Below are positions 52,060-63,778 of a stretch of 64,000 bases of DNA, one piece after another. The position numbers and the translations under genes were made by a program. The notes under the pieces were generated by a model. It was not told the origin of the DNA. It ran no database searches and worked only from the letters and a program-made list of their open reading frames with translations. The DNA is from Octopus sinensis (Eukaryota), in NCBI RefSeq assembly GCF_006345805.1, contig NC_043024.1, forward strand, positions 10,416,001 through 10,480,000. Reading direction: 5' to 3'. Position 1 is the first letter of the stretch, and each line of letters opens with the position of its first letter.

Positions 52060-53306
52060 CATATATACAATGGGCTTCTTTCAGTTTCCGTCAACCAAAT
52101 CCACTCACAAGGCTTTGGTCAGCCCGAGGCTATAGTAGAAGACACTTGCCCAACATGCCACACAGTGGGACTGAACCCGGAACCATGTGGTTCGTAAGCA
52201 AGCTACTTACCACTCAGCCACTCCTGCGCCTTTTTTTGCTGCAAATTTTTAGTCAAACAAACCAAACCCCATGCACCAATGCTTTCTATGTGGCACATAG
52301 GTTTTAGGGCCTCAATTCTGTAGTGGTGGGTGGGTTTTCTTGAGTACAGCAATGCACCACATATCTTCATCCTCTGTCATCTCCTTCATATGGTCCAGTA
52401 TGTCGAGATCGGCCCTCACTACTTCGTCCTATGTTTTTTGGAGGGTTTCCCTGTTCCTCAACTTCTATCCACTTTAAGTTATTGGCACTTTGTTATGCAA
52501 CTGTCCTCATCCTTCTGCATCACATGATCAAACTATTACAGCCTCCTCTCTTGCATACTGTATCTAATTCCTCTTACGTGCAACTCATCTTTCAATGCAT
52601 CAATGCTTTGTTGCACATGTACACTGACATCACACATCCAGCAGAGCATCCCAGCCTTGTCCCTCTCCAACCTTCACATGCCCTCCATAGATAGGGCCTA
52701 TGTCTCACTAGTATAAGGCGGCAAATTGGCAGAAATGTTAGCACGCCAGGTGAAATGCTTAGCGATATTTCGTCTGCCGTTACGTTCTGAGTTCAAATTC
52801 CGCCGAGGTCGATTTTGCCTTTCATCCTTTCGGGGGTCGATTAAATAAGTACCAGTTATGCACTGGGGTCGATATAATCGAAGCTATAGTAGAAGACACT
52901 TGCCCAAGGTGCCACGCAGTGGGATGGAACCAGGAACCCAGAACCATGTGGTTGGTAAACAAGCTACTTACCACACAGCCACTCCTGCGTCTATCTATAG
53001 AATTTATATTAATGTATTTTTTCATAAATAACTGAGTCTGGCAAGCAAATATATCCCCATCAGTTAATCCATACAGCACCATTTTCTTAATCTTAATCCC
53101 TTTCGATGCCAATAGGCCCGAGACCACCTCTGCTTCTATGATATGAGATTCCTGCAAAACCCTCCATCAAAATTTCATGGTAATTTATATAATTTATATT
53201 CAAAATACCATCTTATTCCTTTAGCATTCAGATTTATCCGGTCAAATATAATCCTTATTTATTCACATTGTTTTGAATTAATCCTGGATTATCTCGTAGC
53301 TTCGAG

Positions 53307-54119
53307 ACTTCAATGATGTTTCCCTCTTCGCTGCTCAGAGGCACAAGCACTTTCACACCCATCTACACACATGATGGGAACTTTTCCCAACCAAATCCAA
53401 TCACAAGGAATCATGCTCTGGTTTCTATAACTTCGGAAAGTTGAACTATGAACTTTCCATCCCCTTATTCTTTTACTCCCTTCCTCTATGTCGTTATCTT
53501 ATTAATGTATACCACTTTCCTTTTCCCTATTTGTCTCTGATGATGGAATATTCCATACTTGGAAGTATCCCGGAAACAGCTGTAAGACTTTGAAGATTTT
53601 AATTAAAAACTTATGAAAACAAGACATTTTACCACAGAGCCAGAGCCAGTTTTGGCCGGGTTAGTAACAAAAGGGTTAAGAGACAAGTTAAACGAAATAA
53701 AATATCTATATTTATTATGTGTTATTTACAACGAACCAATATATAAACCGCTCTCTCACTCTTTCTCTCTCTTTCACACACATATTGATATTGGTAAAAT
53801 GTCTTGTTTTCATAAGTTTTGAATTAAAATCTTCAAAGTCTTACGGCTGTTTTGGGGATATTTCTGATTATGGAATATTCCATCATCAGAGACAAATAGG
53901 GAAAAGGAAAATGGTATACATGAATAAGATAAGGACATAGAGGAAGGGAGTAAAAGAATAAGGGGATGGAAAGTTCATAGTTCAACTTTCCGAAGTTATA
54001 GAAACCAGAGCATGAGTCCTTGTGATTGGATTTGGTTGGGAAAAGTTCCCATCATGTGTGTAGATGGGTGTGAAAGTGCTTGGGCCTCTGAGCAGCAAAG
54101 AGGGAAACATCATTGAAGT
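53307..54119. repeat. Long inverted repeat, ~327-bp arms (53307-53634 / 53792-54119), ~157-bp spacer
   Basis: ACTTCAATGATG...AAGACATTTTACCA versus TGGTAAAATGTCTT...CATCATTGAAGT, with scattered substitutions. Confidence 0.93.
53533..53588 (+). ncRNA. Minimal type I hammerhead ribozyme motif
   Basis: Stem I GTCT/AGAC; core CTGATGA 53537-53543; long stem II (TTCCA-tact-TGGAA plus outer pairs); GAAA 53573-53576; palindromic stem III ACAGCTGT; GUA cleavage triplet ending at 53584. Confidence 0.7.
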
Positions 54120-54566
54120 ATAATGATATTGTATACGACTTGAGATGTTTACCTTGCCTTAATCTTTACTGCCCTGCTTAACAATTCCATATCCAGTGCA
54201 TCGGAAATCTGCAATGGCTCCATAACTACCGTCTCGGCTATAATCTTGGAGCCCCAATTATCCGTTTCAGCACTTACCTAGTGTACCTGATCGTTTAGGT
54301 CACCTGTGAACTAAACCCCCATATTTTGCGTATATATACTCTTTTTACTCTTTTACTTGTTTCAGTCATGTGACTGTGGCGATGCTGGAGCACAGCTTTT
54401 AGTCGAGCAAATCAACCCCAGGACTTATTCTTTGTAACCCTAGTACTTATTCTATCGGTCTCCTTTGCTGAACAGCTAAGTTACGGGGACATAAACACAC
54501 CAGCATCAGTTGTCAAGCGATGTTGAGGGAACAAACACACACACATCCACATATATATGTGTATAC

Positions 54567-54630
<64 letters not shown>

Positions 54631-54788
54631 TACGACGCCCTTCTTTCAGTTTCTGTCAACCAAATCCACTCACAAGGCTTTGGTTGGCCCAAGGCTATAG
54701 TAGAAGACACTTGCCCAAGGTGCCACGCAGTGGGACTGAACCCGAAACCATGTGGTTTGTAAGCAAGCTACTTACCACTCAGCCACTC

Positions 54789-54820
<32 letters not shown>

Positions 54821-54918
54821 CCACATGCAGTATATTCATTTGTGTGTGTATGTGTGTATTCAGGTGGTCAAAGGCTGTTGGTTAGACAAAGTCTGTAAAG
54901 CGAAGGAGAGAGACTCAC

Positions 54919-54995
54919 CTGTAATAAGAATTGCAACTGGAACACGCTCGACTGGAACTGAATAATGGAACAACTTGTACTCGTCTGTGAAGATC
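54919..54995 (-). CDS. ZBBX: ZBBX-like coding exon
   Basis: tttgtttctgtag|GAT CTT CAC...TAC AG|gtgagt; DLHRRVQVVPLFSSSRACSSCNSYY; phase 0 to 2 fits both neighbours. Confidence 0.7.
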
Positions 54996-55063
54996 CTACA
55001 GAAACAAAGTAACAGATGCATGTGAATATGCGCATATACGTGTGCCTGTACGTGTGTGTATTG

Positions 55064-55114
<51 letters not shown>

Positions 55115-55185
55115 CCGGAGTAAACACATAAATGTGAAACAAGGTCGAAAAAAGAGTACTCAAATACCAGTGGTAGAGTAATATG

Positions 55186-55358
55186 CTTTATTTTAAGCAG
55201 CAGAAAATTCAACAAAATCTGTTACTCTGAGTTTCTCGTTGCCGTTCATCAGACAGTTTTTGCTAGAATGGACTATTCTAGCAAAAACTGTCTGATGAAC
55301 GGCAACGAGAAACTCAGAGTAACAGATTTTGTTGAATTTTCTGCTGCTTAAAATAAAG
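55186..55358. repeat. Perfect palindrome, 84-bp arms, 5-nt loop
   Basis: 55186-55269 is the reverse complement of 55275-55358; flanked by (TA)n. Confidence 0.95.
55282..55332 (+). ncRNA. Minimal type I hammerhead ribozyme motif (mirror copy on the minus strand at 55212-55262)
   Basis: Stem I CTGT/ACAG extended by GCAAAA/TTTTGT; CTGATGA 55292-55298; stem II CG-GCAA-CG with A-A at its base; GAAA; stem III ACT-CAG-AGT; GUA triplet ending at 55321. Confidence 0.62.
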
Positions 55359-55382
55359 TATATATATATATATATATATATC

Positions 55383-55416
<34 letters not shown>

Positions 55417-55609
55417 ATATATGTGTGTGTGTTATATATAATATAATCAAAATAAGCAACAATTATATCCGAGGTAATGTGGTACGATCGTTTCATGCTA
55501 CTTCATTTTATTAAACACTGTAAGAATTATATCAATTTTAAAATGTTGAGCAATCTTCAGCCATATATAGAAATTTTCCAAACAAATGGCCAATACACAT
55601 TCTTATTCC

Positions 55610-55643
<34 letters not shown>

Positions 55644-56698
55644 GTATATATATATATGTGTACACATCTATCATAGGCACCTACATATATATTTATATAT
55701 ACACACACAAACACATACATATATGTGGTTGTGTGTATGCAAATATAAATATATATGTATTATATATATATCCTATCCATGCTAGTATGGAAGGCAGACG
55801 TTAAACGATAATGATGATGATGATATAGGTATGTATGAATGTATGTAAATAATATTAAAATAAATGCACCCTTTTAAAGCCTAGCCAGGCTCATGGCCCC
55901 GGTTTCCCGGTTTCTATGGCGTATGTGTTCCTCAGCTGGATGGGGCGCCAGTCCATCGCAGCGTTACTCATTTTTGCCAGCTGAGTGGACTGAAGCAACG
56001 TGAAATGAAGTGTTTTGCTCAAGAACACAACGCGTCGCCCGGCCCAGGAATCGAAACCACAATCTTACGGTCATGATGCTGACACCCTAACCACTAAGCC
56101 ACGCGCCTCCACATGTATGTATATAAGACAATTATAATGAATACAGAGATTAGTACATCTACATATTTTGTATTCCCTCAGTCACTTATACGGCAGATTT
56201 GATTTAAATTTGTCCGACGCACGTTTCTGCGGTATAAAGGACTTGGCAGTCACATTTGCATCCAGCTGTTTCCGGCTGGTGAGCAGCCTGTGCAAATTTA
56301 CTCAAGGTCTGTCCATGGAGGTGATCTGAAGAAAACTAAGCAATCCCAGGTTCTCTTTTACTTGTTTCAGTCATTTGACTGTGGCCATGATGGAGCACTG
56401 TGAGCAAATCGACCCCAGGACTTATTCTTTGTAAGCCTAGTACTAATTCTATCAGACCCTTTTGCCGAACTGCTAAGTTACGGGCACATAAACACAGTGG
56501 CATCGGTTGTCAAGCAACATTAGGGAGACAAACACAGACAGACACACAATAGCTTGCTTACCAACCACATGGTTCCAGGTTCAGTCCCACTGCGTGGCAC
56601 CTTAGGCAAGTGTCTTCTACTATAGCCTCGGGCTGACCAAAGTCTTGTGAGTGGATTTGGTAGACGGAAACTGAAAGAAGCCTGTCACCTATGTGTAT

Positions 56699-56747
<49 letters not shown>

Positions 56748-57044
56748 GTGTGTGTGTATGTTTGTGTGTCTGTGTTTGTCCCCCCAATATCGCTTGGCAA
56801 CCAATGCTGGTGTGTTTACGTCCCTGAAGCAATGAGATAATCCCTGATTAATCCAAAACAATGTGAATAAATAGGTGTTACTTTTGATTGAGGAGTCTGA
56901 ATGCTAAAGGGGTTAACACAAGACTTGGGTTAAACATTTTTTTCTCCGATGTGTCATGTTCACAGATGGAATGTTTTTGATCATAGGTCTGCTCAATCAG
57001 GGCCAACCTGGGGCTAAATAACATTAGTACAGCATTACAGGATA

Positions 57045-57553
57045 CCGTAAATCGTCGAGTATAGTCCGCCCTTGAGTATAAAACGCAGGGGATTTTTAGG
57101 GGACTGTACCTCTAAAAAACCTAAACCTTGTGTATAATACGCACCCCTTCTCTAACTTGAGTCAAGGAGGTCTATATAACGTCCTTAGTTTGTAAAACTG
57201 TATACGGTAACGTCCTTTATTATTATTGTATATATAACATAATGCAAACGTGTAGCTTTTTTGTGCATTTTGTTTGCAGAAAATAAAGAAATAACAGTAA
57301 TAACGTTTATAAATGTTTTTATTGCAAGTTATGGATGATTCTTTTAGGAATTCATTGCTTTCAGGCTTAGCTTAAGTATTTTTCGCGCCCGACATCACAA
57401 AATGTGTCTGAATAAACATTGCCGACAGCAAATAGAGACTCGGACATTGCTTAGAAAATATTTTTCATTTTTAACCTTGTGTATAGTACGCACTAGGGAT
57501 TTTGACCTTTAAATTTTGGGGGGAAAATGCGGATTATACTCGAGGATTTACGA
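57045..57553. mobile_element. Tc1/pogo-type MITE
   Basis: TA|CCGTAAATCGTCGAGTATAGTCCGC...GCGGATTATACTCGAGGATTTACGA|TA; ends 20 nt from an exon donor. Confidence 0.8.
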
Positions 57554-57573
57554 TACTTCAATCATAAACTTAC

Positions 57574-57683
57574 ATCAACAATATCATCATTGTTCTGGTT
57601 TGCAGATGGTACAGCTTGGGTTACCATTTTGTACAGAGAAGTAAAAGACACTGATTCCACATCACCATCATGGTTCTCTTCTC
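57574..57683 (-). CDS. ZBBX: ZBBX-like coding exon
   Basis: gacaaaag|GA GAA GAG...GTT GAT|gtaagt; (G)EENHDGDVESVSFTSLYKMVTQAVPSANQNNDDIVD; phase 1 to 0; AAG acceptor is atypical. Confidence 0.7.
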
Positions 57684-58033
57684 CTTTTGTCAGCAGAAAA
57701 GTGGAAGAAAATTTAAAGAAAAGAAAATATGAAATGATAAAACAAAAGTTAAAAATTTTAAGATAATTAAAATAAATTTTTTTAATTCTCAAAATCAGGA
57801 AGATACTTAAACATGTCAGATTCTGAATTTTAAAAAGAATTCCTTTAATCTTTTAATTGTAAAATTAAATTACTTGGTTATTCCAGTAATCTATCTATGT
57901 ATCTGTCTATCGATTTATCTTGCTCTCTCTCTCTCTCCTCTCCTCTCTCTCTATATATATAGATATATATATATATGTATATGTATTGTATATATATATA
58001 TGTATATATATCTATGTATATATATATTATATA

Positions 58034-58069
<36 letters not shown>

Positions 58070-58616
58070 CATATACTTATATATATATATGTGTATATAT
58101 ATATATATATATATACATACACACACCACACACACATATATATATATATATATACATACACACATATACATATACACACACCACACACATATATATATAT
58201 ATATATATATACATATATATGTCAGCTCTGGTCTAACTGTCCAACCCATGCCAGCATGGAAAATGGACATTAAAGGATGATGATGATGATGATGATGATG
58301 ACGAAAATGTTGACGATGATGATGATAATGATGATACTGGTTCTGTTGCATTTCTTTGTATCTATTTGTCTATTAATTAGCCATTAAATCAATCAACTAA
58401 TCCAATTGTTTAATTAATTGTTTAGTCAATCAACCACTCAGCTAGATTTGTCAAAATCCTTTCGTTGCCATCCAAACCTGGTATAGAGACAGCGCATCAT
58501 TGATGATGATGTCCGGACGACAAGGAAAGGACTTTGGCAAACCTAGTCGACTGGTTGACCAAACAATTAACCAAACAATCAATTAGTTAATTAGTTAAAT
58601 ATTTAACCAACTGACA

Positions 58617-58797
58617 GAAGGGCACCACTAGGAGTGGAGCCTGCAGCTTAATTTGACTCAACACGGGGAAAATCACCCGGTCCGGACACCAGTAGGATTG
58701 ACAGATCGATAGCTCTTTCTCGATTCCGTGGGTGGTGGTGCATGGCCGTTCTTAGTTGGTGGAGCGATCCGTCTGGTTGATTCCGATAACGAACGAG
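58617..58797 (+). pseudogene. 18S rRNA internal fragment inserted in an intron, flanked by a 15-bp direct repeat
   Basis: GAAGGGCACCACTAGGAGTGGAGCCTGCAGCTTAATTTGACTCAACACGGG...GGTGGTGCATGGCCGTTCTTAGTTGGTGGAGCG...GATAACGAACGAG are conserved eukaryotic SSU motifs; TTTAACCAACTGACA at 58602-58616 and 58798-58812. Confidence 0.93.
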
Positions 58798-58948
58798 TTT
58801 AACCAACTGACAATCAAATATTTAAACGAAGTAAAAGAGAACCAGTGTGTGTGTTTAGCATTGGCATAATGACCCTCCCAAAAATGCAAGAAAATTTATT
58901 TCATCTCATCGGTTCACAAAAACAAAATATAAGGCAATAATTGCTTAC

Positions 58949-59478
58949 CTGATACAAGAGAATTTCCACCATTCTCCATCTCTTCTGGTTTATGCTGTGT
59001 CTTAGATTCTTCAGCCTCTGCAATTGTTTCTTGTTCTTCTTCTTCATTTGACTGTGACTTAGTGGCACATTGGTCTTTACCTGTAGAAGTATCCTCTTTT
59101 GTCGACTGTAGATGTTGCTGGGTGTCACCAGATCCGTTCTCAACGATGTTTGCATCTTCAGCAGTGACATAGTTTTGACCACCACCACTCAGCTGCGGGG
59201 TTTGACCCTGCCCCGTCTCATCAGCGATGTCCTGCCTTTCACCACTCGAATCAACATTGTCTACAGACTGCGGAGGTTGCTTCCCGTCGTCAAGTTGTGA
59301 TTTGCGACTTGAGGGTCATATTCGGAAGGAGACTTGACATCACCGATTGGTTGAGGAGTTTTTTGCCTGTGTTGTTTGAGCATGATGCGTTCGGCATAGG
59401 TTAAATTAGTGTTTGATGTTGTACACAGTGACACTAGCTGTTGGTATTGATTCTTATTCTTCATGTCAATTTGCACAC
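58949..59478 (-). CDS. ZBBX: ZBBX-like coding exon containing an apparent 1-nt frameshift near 59312
   Basis: ttttgacag|GT GTG CAA...GTA TCA G|gtaagc; NLTYAERIMLKQHRQKTP resembles ZBBX LSYMEKLWLKKHRRTP; the 3' part is open and acidic (LDDGKQPPQSVDN...EEEEQETIAE) only in the -1 frame. Confidence 0.75.
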
Positions 59479-59507
59479 CTGTCAAAAGGTAAACACTGCA
59501 TCAATCA

Positions 59508-60567
59508 TCTATATATATAAAACTCAACTTATGTGTCTGTGTGTGTGTGTCTGTGTGTTTAACTTCTCGGCACATCTCCTCTTAGCCAACAAATCGTAGA
59601 ACCACCAAAAATGGGTCACTTAAAGTTTAGGCGAATGAAAATTGAACTGGGCATTTTCTGTTCCGAAATTCATCTCGCAAGTGCAAAAATCGATAATGTG
59701 TTTGTTTAGGCCTTATCCCATGCATTGAATAGTGAACTTTACTCAGTCAGCTGTTTGACGTGAACTGTGTTCACCATGCGTGCAAGCATGCGTAAATTGC
59801 ACGAAAAAAAAAATCAAGATATAAAAATGAATCGCCGTAAACATTGTAGAAATTCGGCAAAGAAATGAATTTTCGGGATGTAGCCTGGAGGGTTTTTTCG
59901 TATTAATTGTTTGGACTTTGTGAACTCATACCAATTGTTTTTGTAACATTTTTAACGCTTTGAATTAAATGTGAACATTTTGCGTTGAGTTTGCAGTTTG
60001 AATCACTTTAACCAAATTTTAGCAGGCCGGATTTTTGATCATCACGATACATCGCCAGCGACTCCCTGAAATCCCTGTTGAGAAATCTATTATATTTTCT
60101 CTTTTACTCTTTACTTGTTTCAGTCATTTGACTGCGGCCATGCTGGAGCACCGTCTTTAATCGAGCAACTCGACCCTGGGACTTATTCTTTGTAAGCCCA
60201 GTACTTATTCTATCGGTCTCTTTGCCGAACGGCTAAGTGACGGGGACCTAAACACACCAGCATCGGTTGTCAAGCAATGCTAGGGGGACAAACACAGACA
60301 CACAAACATACACACGCATACATATATACATATATACGAAGGGATTCTTTCAGTTTCCGTCCACCAAATCCACTCACAAGGCATTGGTCGGCCCGAGGCT
60401 ATAGCAGAAGACACTTGCCCAAAGTGCCACACAGTGGGACTGAACCCGGAACCATGTGGTTGGTAAGCAAGCTACTTACCACACAGCCACATATAATAAT
60501 ACTTTGAATGTGACACCTGAGAAAGAGTAAAAGTAATTATCCGATGAATGACAGGTATTACTGCTAG
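59508..60567 (+). mobile_element. Non-autonomous Helitron with a nested SINE (~60095-60495)
   Basis: A|TCTATATATAT start, TACTGCTAG|T end; empty site visible in the duplicate at ~61312. Confidence 0.78.
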
Positions 60568-62026
60568 TCTTTTTATATAATTTTATTCTCTTAATCGCTT
60601 CAGTCATTATACTGTGGTCATGCTGGGGCACCTATCTTGAATTTTTAGCCAAATGAATTGACCTCCAGTACTTACTCTTTGTAACCCTAGTACTTATTCT
60701 ATCGGTCTCTTTTGCTGAACCGCTAAGTTACAGGGACGTAAACACACCAGCATCGGTTGTCAAGCAATGCTAGGGAGACAAACACAGACACACAAACACA
60801 CACACAATTATATATATATATATACATACTATATATATATATATATATAATATATTATATATATATATATATATTATCTTTACTTGTTTCAGTCATTTGA
60901 CTGCGGCAATGCTGGAGCACCGCCTTTAGTCGAGCAAATCGACCCCAGGACTTATTCTTGTAAGCCCAGTACTTATTCTATCGGTCCCTTTTGCTGAACC
61001 GCTAGTAACAGGGACGTAAACACACCAGCATCGGTTGTCAAGCAATGCTAGGGGGACAAACACAGACACACACACGCGTATATATATATACATATACATA
61101 TATATGATGGACTTCTTTCAGTTTCCGTCTACCAAATACACTCATAAGACTTTGTTCGGCCCGAGGCTATAGTAGAAGACACTAGCCCAAGGTGCCACAC
61201 AGTGAGACTGAACCCGGAACCAAGTGGTCCGTAAGCAAGCTACTTTTTTTTGCTTGTGTTGTTTCAGCAGTCAATTTGCACACCTGTCAACAGGTAAACA
61301 CTGCATCATTCATCTTCTTATATAATTGCTTATTACCTTACTCGTTTCAGTCATTACACTGTGGCCATGCTGGGGCACCTACCTTGAATTTTTAGTCAAA
61401 TGAATCGACTCCAGTACTTTTAAGCCTAGTACTTATTCTATCAGTTGCTTTTGCTGTACTGCTAAGTTACGGGGACATAATCACACCAACTCTGGTTGTC
61501 AAGCGGTAGTGGGGTGACAAACACATACACAGAGACACACACACACATAGATATTAGATATATATACATACATATATGTGTGTATGTGTGTGTGTGTGTA
61601 TATAGGTGTAGAAGTGGCCGTGTGGTAAGTAGCTTGCTTCCCAACCACATACTTCCAGATTCAGTCCCACTGCGTGGCACCTTGGGCAAGTGTCTTCTAC
61701 TATAGCCTCGGGCTGACCAAAGCCTTGTGAGTGGATTTTGTAGACGGAAACTGAAAGAAGCCCGTCGTATATATGTATATATATGTATGTGTGTGTATGT
61801 GTTTGTGTGTCTGTGTTTGTTCCCCCAGCATCGCTTGACAACTGATGCTGGTGTGTTTACATCTCCGTAACTTAGCGGCTCAGCAAAAGAGACCGATAGA
61901 ATAAGTACTGGGCTTACAAAGAATAAGTCCCGGGGTCGATTTGCTCAACTAAAGGCGGTGCTCCAGCATGGCCACAGTCAAATGACTGAAACAAGTAAAA
62001 GAGTAAAAGAGTATTTCCTTACTCAC

Positions 62027-62381
62027 CTTCGTTCTTCATGCATGGCTTCTCCGAAGCATTTTCGACGGGGGACGTGAGAGAGGGGCTGCTTCTCTTGCCA
62101 GACTGACCGGCTGACCGCCAGCGTTGCAGCGCCTGCTGGAACGATGCCGCGCTTTCCTCTTCGTGGAATTCTCCATTGAGAAGCGACGTTTCGTTTTCCG
62201 TAGTTCCGCTGGCGTTGCTGGAAGTTACCGGAATTACGGACTTCTCCTGCTGCTGCTGCTGCTGTTGGTGTCGTTGTTGCTGCTGCTGCTGCCTCTGCTG
62301 CTGCAATTGCAGTAACTGTTTCTGATGTTGTTGTTGCTGCTGCTGTTGTTCCTGCTGGTATGTGCCAAAGAGACAATGCCA
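62027..62381 (-). CDS. ZBBX: ZBBX-like coding exon with poly-Q tract and conserved SLLxGxFxEExSAxSFQxxLxxWR motif
   Basis: aactaacag|TGG...GAA G|gtgagt; TSLLNGEFHEEESAASFQQALQRWRS resembles human ZBBX [27 protein letters not shown] (recalled); 5' boundary less certain. Confidence 0.78.
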
Positions 62382-62499
62382 CTGTTAGTTAAATTCATCC
62401 GGCCTCGCCCCTCACCATCGCTTCTACCATTCAGCACTGACCAAATTCCTCATCAGTGGTTACCATCACCACAACTGGTCTTACCATCCATTGACCCCT

Positions 62500-63150
62500 C
62501 CACCCCACCTCAACGTTGTTTTCACCACCACCACCACCACCACCACCACCACCACCACCATTGCCATCGGTATCTTTTATCACCATCATCCCCCCCGCTA
62601 CAACTCTTCACCTTCTGTCCCTCATTATCGCTGTCATCACTGTCATCATCAGCATCATCCACACCATCGTGATCATGGTCATCATTATAATCATCACTAC
62701 TACCACTATTACCACTACCACCACCACCACTACCACCATCAGCACCACTACCACCACCACCACCACCACCACCATTGCCACCACCACCACCACCAACCAT
62801 TGCCACCACCACCACCACCATTGCCACCACCACCATCATCATCTACCACTGCCACCGCATCACCACAACCACCATCACCACTACCATCAGCACCACTACC
62901 ACCACCATCACCACTACCACCACCATCACCACCACCACCACTACCACCACCACCACCACCAGCACCATAACCACCATCATCATCTTTGTTGTCGTCATCA
63001 TTGTCATTGCCCTTGTCATCGTTGCCATCATCATCCTCATCGCCACCACCTGTCATCATCTTCCTCCTCCTCCTCTCCCTCGTCACCATCACCACTCCTA
63101 TCATCGTAGCCCTCCTCCTCCTCATCATCACCACAACCATCACCATCAAC
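62500..63150. repeat. (CAC)n/(CAT)n trinucleotide low-complexity tract, intronic
   Basis: Direct inspection. Confidence 0.92.
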
Positions 63151-63236
63151 CCCACTTCCCTTGCACTTCACTCCATCTCAGTCTGACCCCTTAAACCCTC
63201 CCCTCCCTCCACCCCACACCCCACACCCCACACTAC

Positions 63237-63279
63237 CTGTGTTCTTGCTGAATGTAAAGTTCTTTCCCTGTCCAGGTAC
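63237..63279 (-). CDS. ZBBX: ZBBX-like gene, probable coding exon (further 5' exons lie outside the window)
   Basis: minus: ttcttgttgtcag|G TAC CTG GAC...ACA CAG|gtagtg; YLDRERTLHSARTQ joins in phase 0 to the next exon; no homology recognised in this exon itself. Confidence 0.5.
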
Positions 63280-63747
63280 CTGACAACAAGAAACACAACA
63301 GAATTAGATTCTCTCTCTCTCTCTCCTGCTCTCTCTCTCATTCAAGCTTCTCTTTCTCTTCCACTCTCCCCCTTGCTCTCTTCCTCTGTGTTGCACACTG
63401 TGTCTTTCCCTCTTTCTTTGACTCTGTTTGTATCCCTCCCTTCCTCTCTCTGCATCTCTCTCTTTCACTCTGCCTCTCTCTGTCCTTCTCTGCTTCTCTC
63501 TGTCTGTCTCTTTCACTCTCTCTGCCTTTCTCTCTCTCTCTCTATCTGTCTCTGTCTCTCTCCCTCTTTCTCTCTCTGCATCTTTCACTGCTTCTCTCTC
63601 TCTTTCCTTGCCTCTCTCTCTTTCTTTGCATCTCTATATATCATTCTCTCTCTCTCTCTGGCTCTATGGCTGCCCCCTCTCTCTCTCTCTCTCTCTCTTT
63701 CTGCTTGTGTGTGTGTGTGTGTCTCTCTCTATGCTTGTGTGTGTGTG

Positions 63748-63778
<31 letters not shown>

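Noticed and set aside
54860-55129. Frame reading IFTDEYKLFHYSVPVERVPVAILIT for the 77-nt exon
   Set aside because: Protein-like, but incompatible with the phases of both neighbouring exons
58617-58797. Functional rRNA gene
   Set aside because: Only 181 bp, no flanking rDNA, bounded by a TSD
62234-62437. Alternative frames at the start of the poly-Q exon (GIVSLAHTSRNN..., ALSLWHIPAG...)
   Set aside because: Only the poly-Q frame leads into the conserved ZBBX motif without a frameshift
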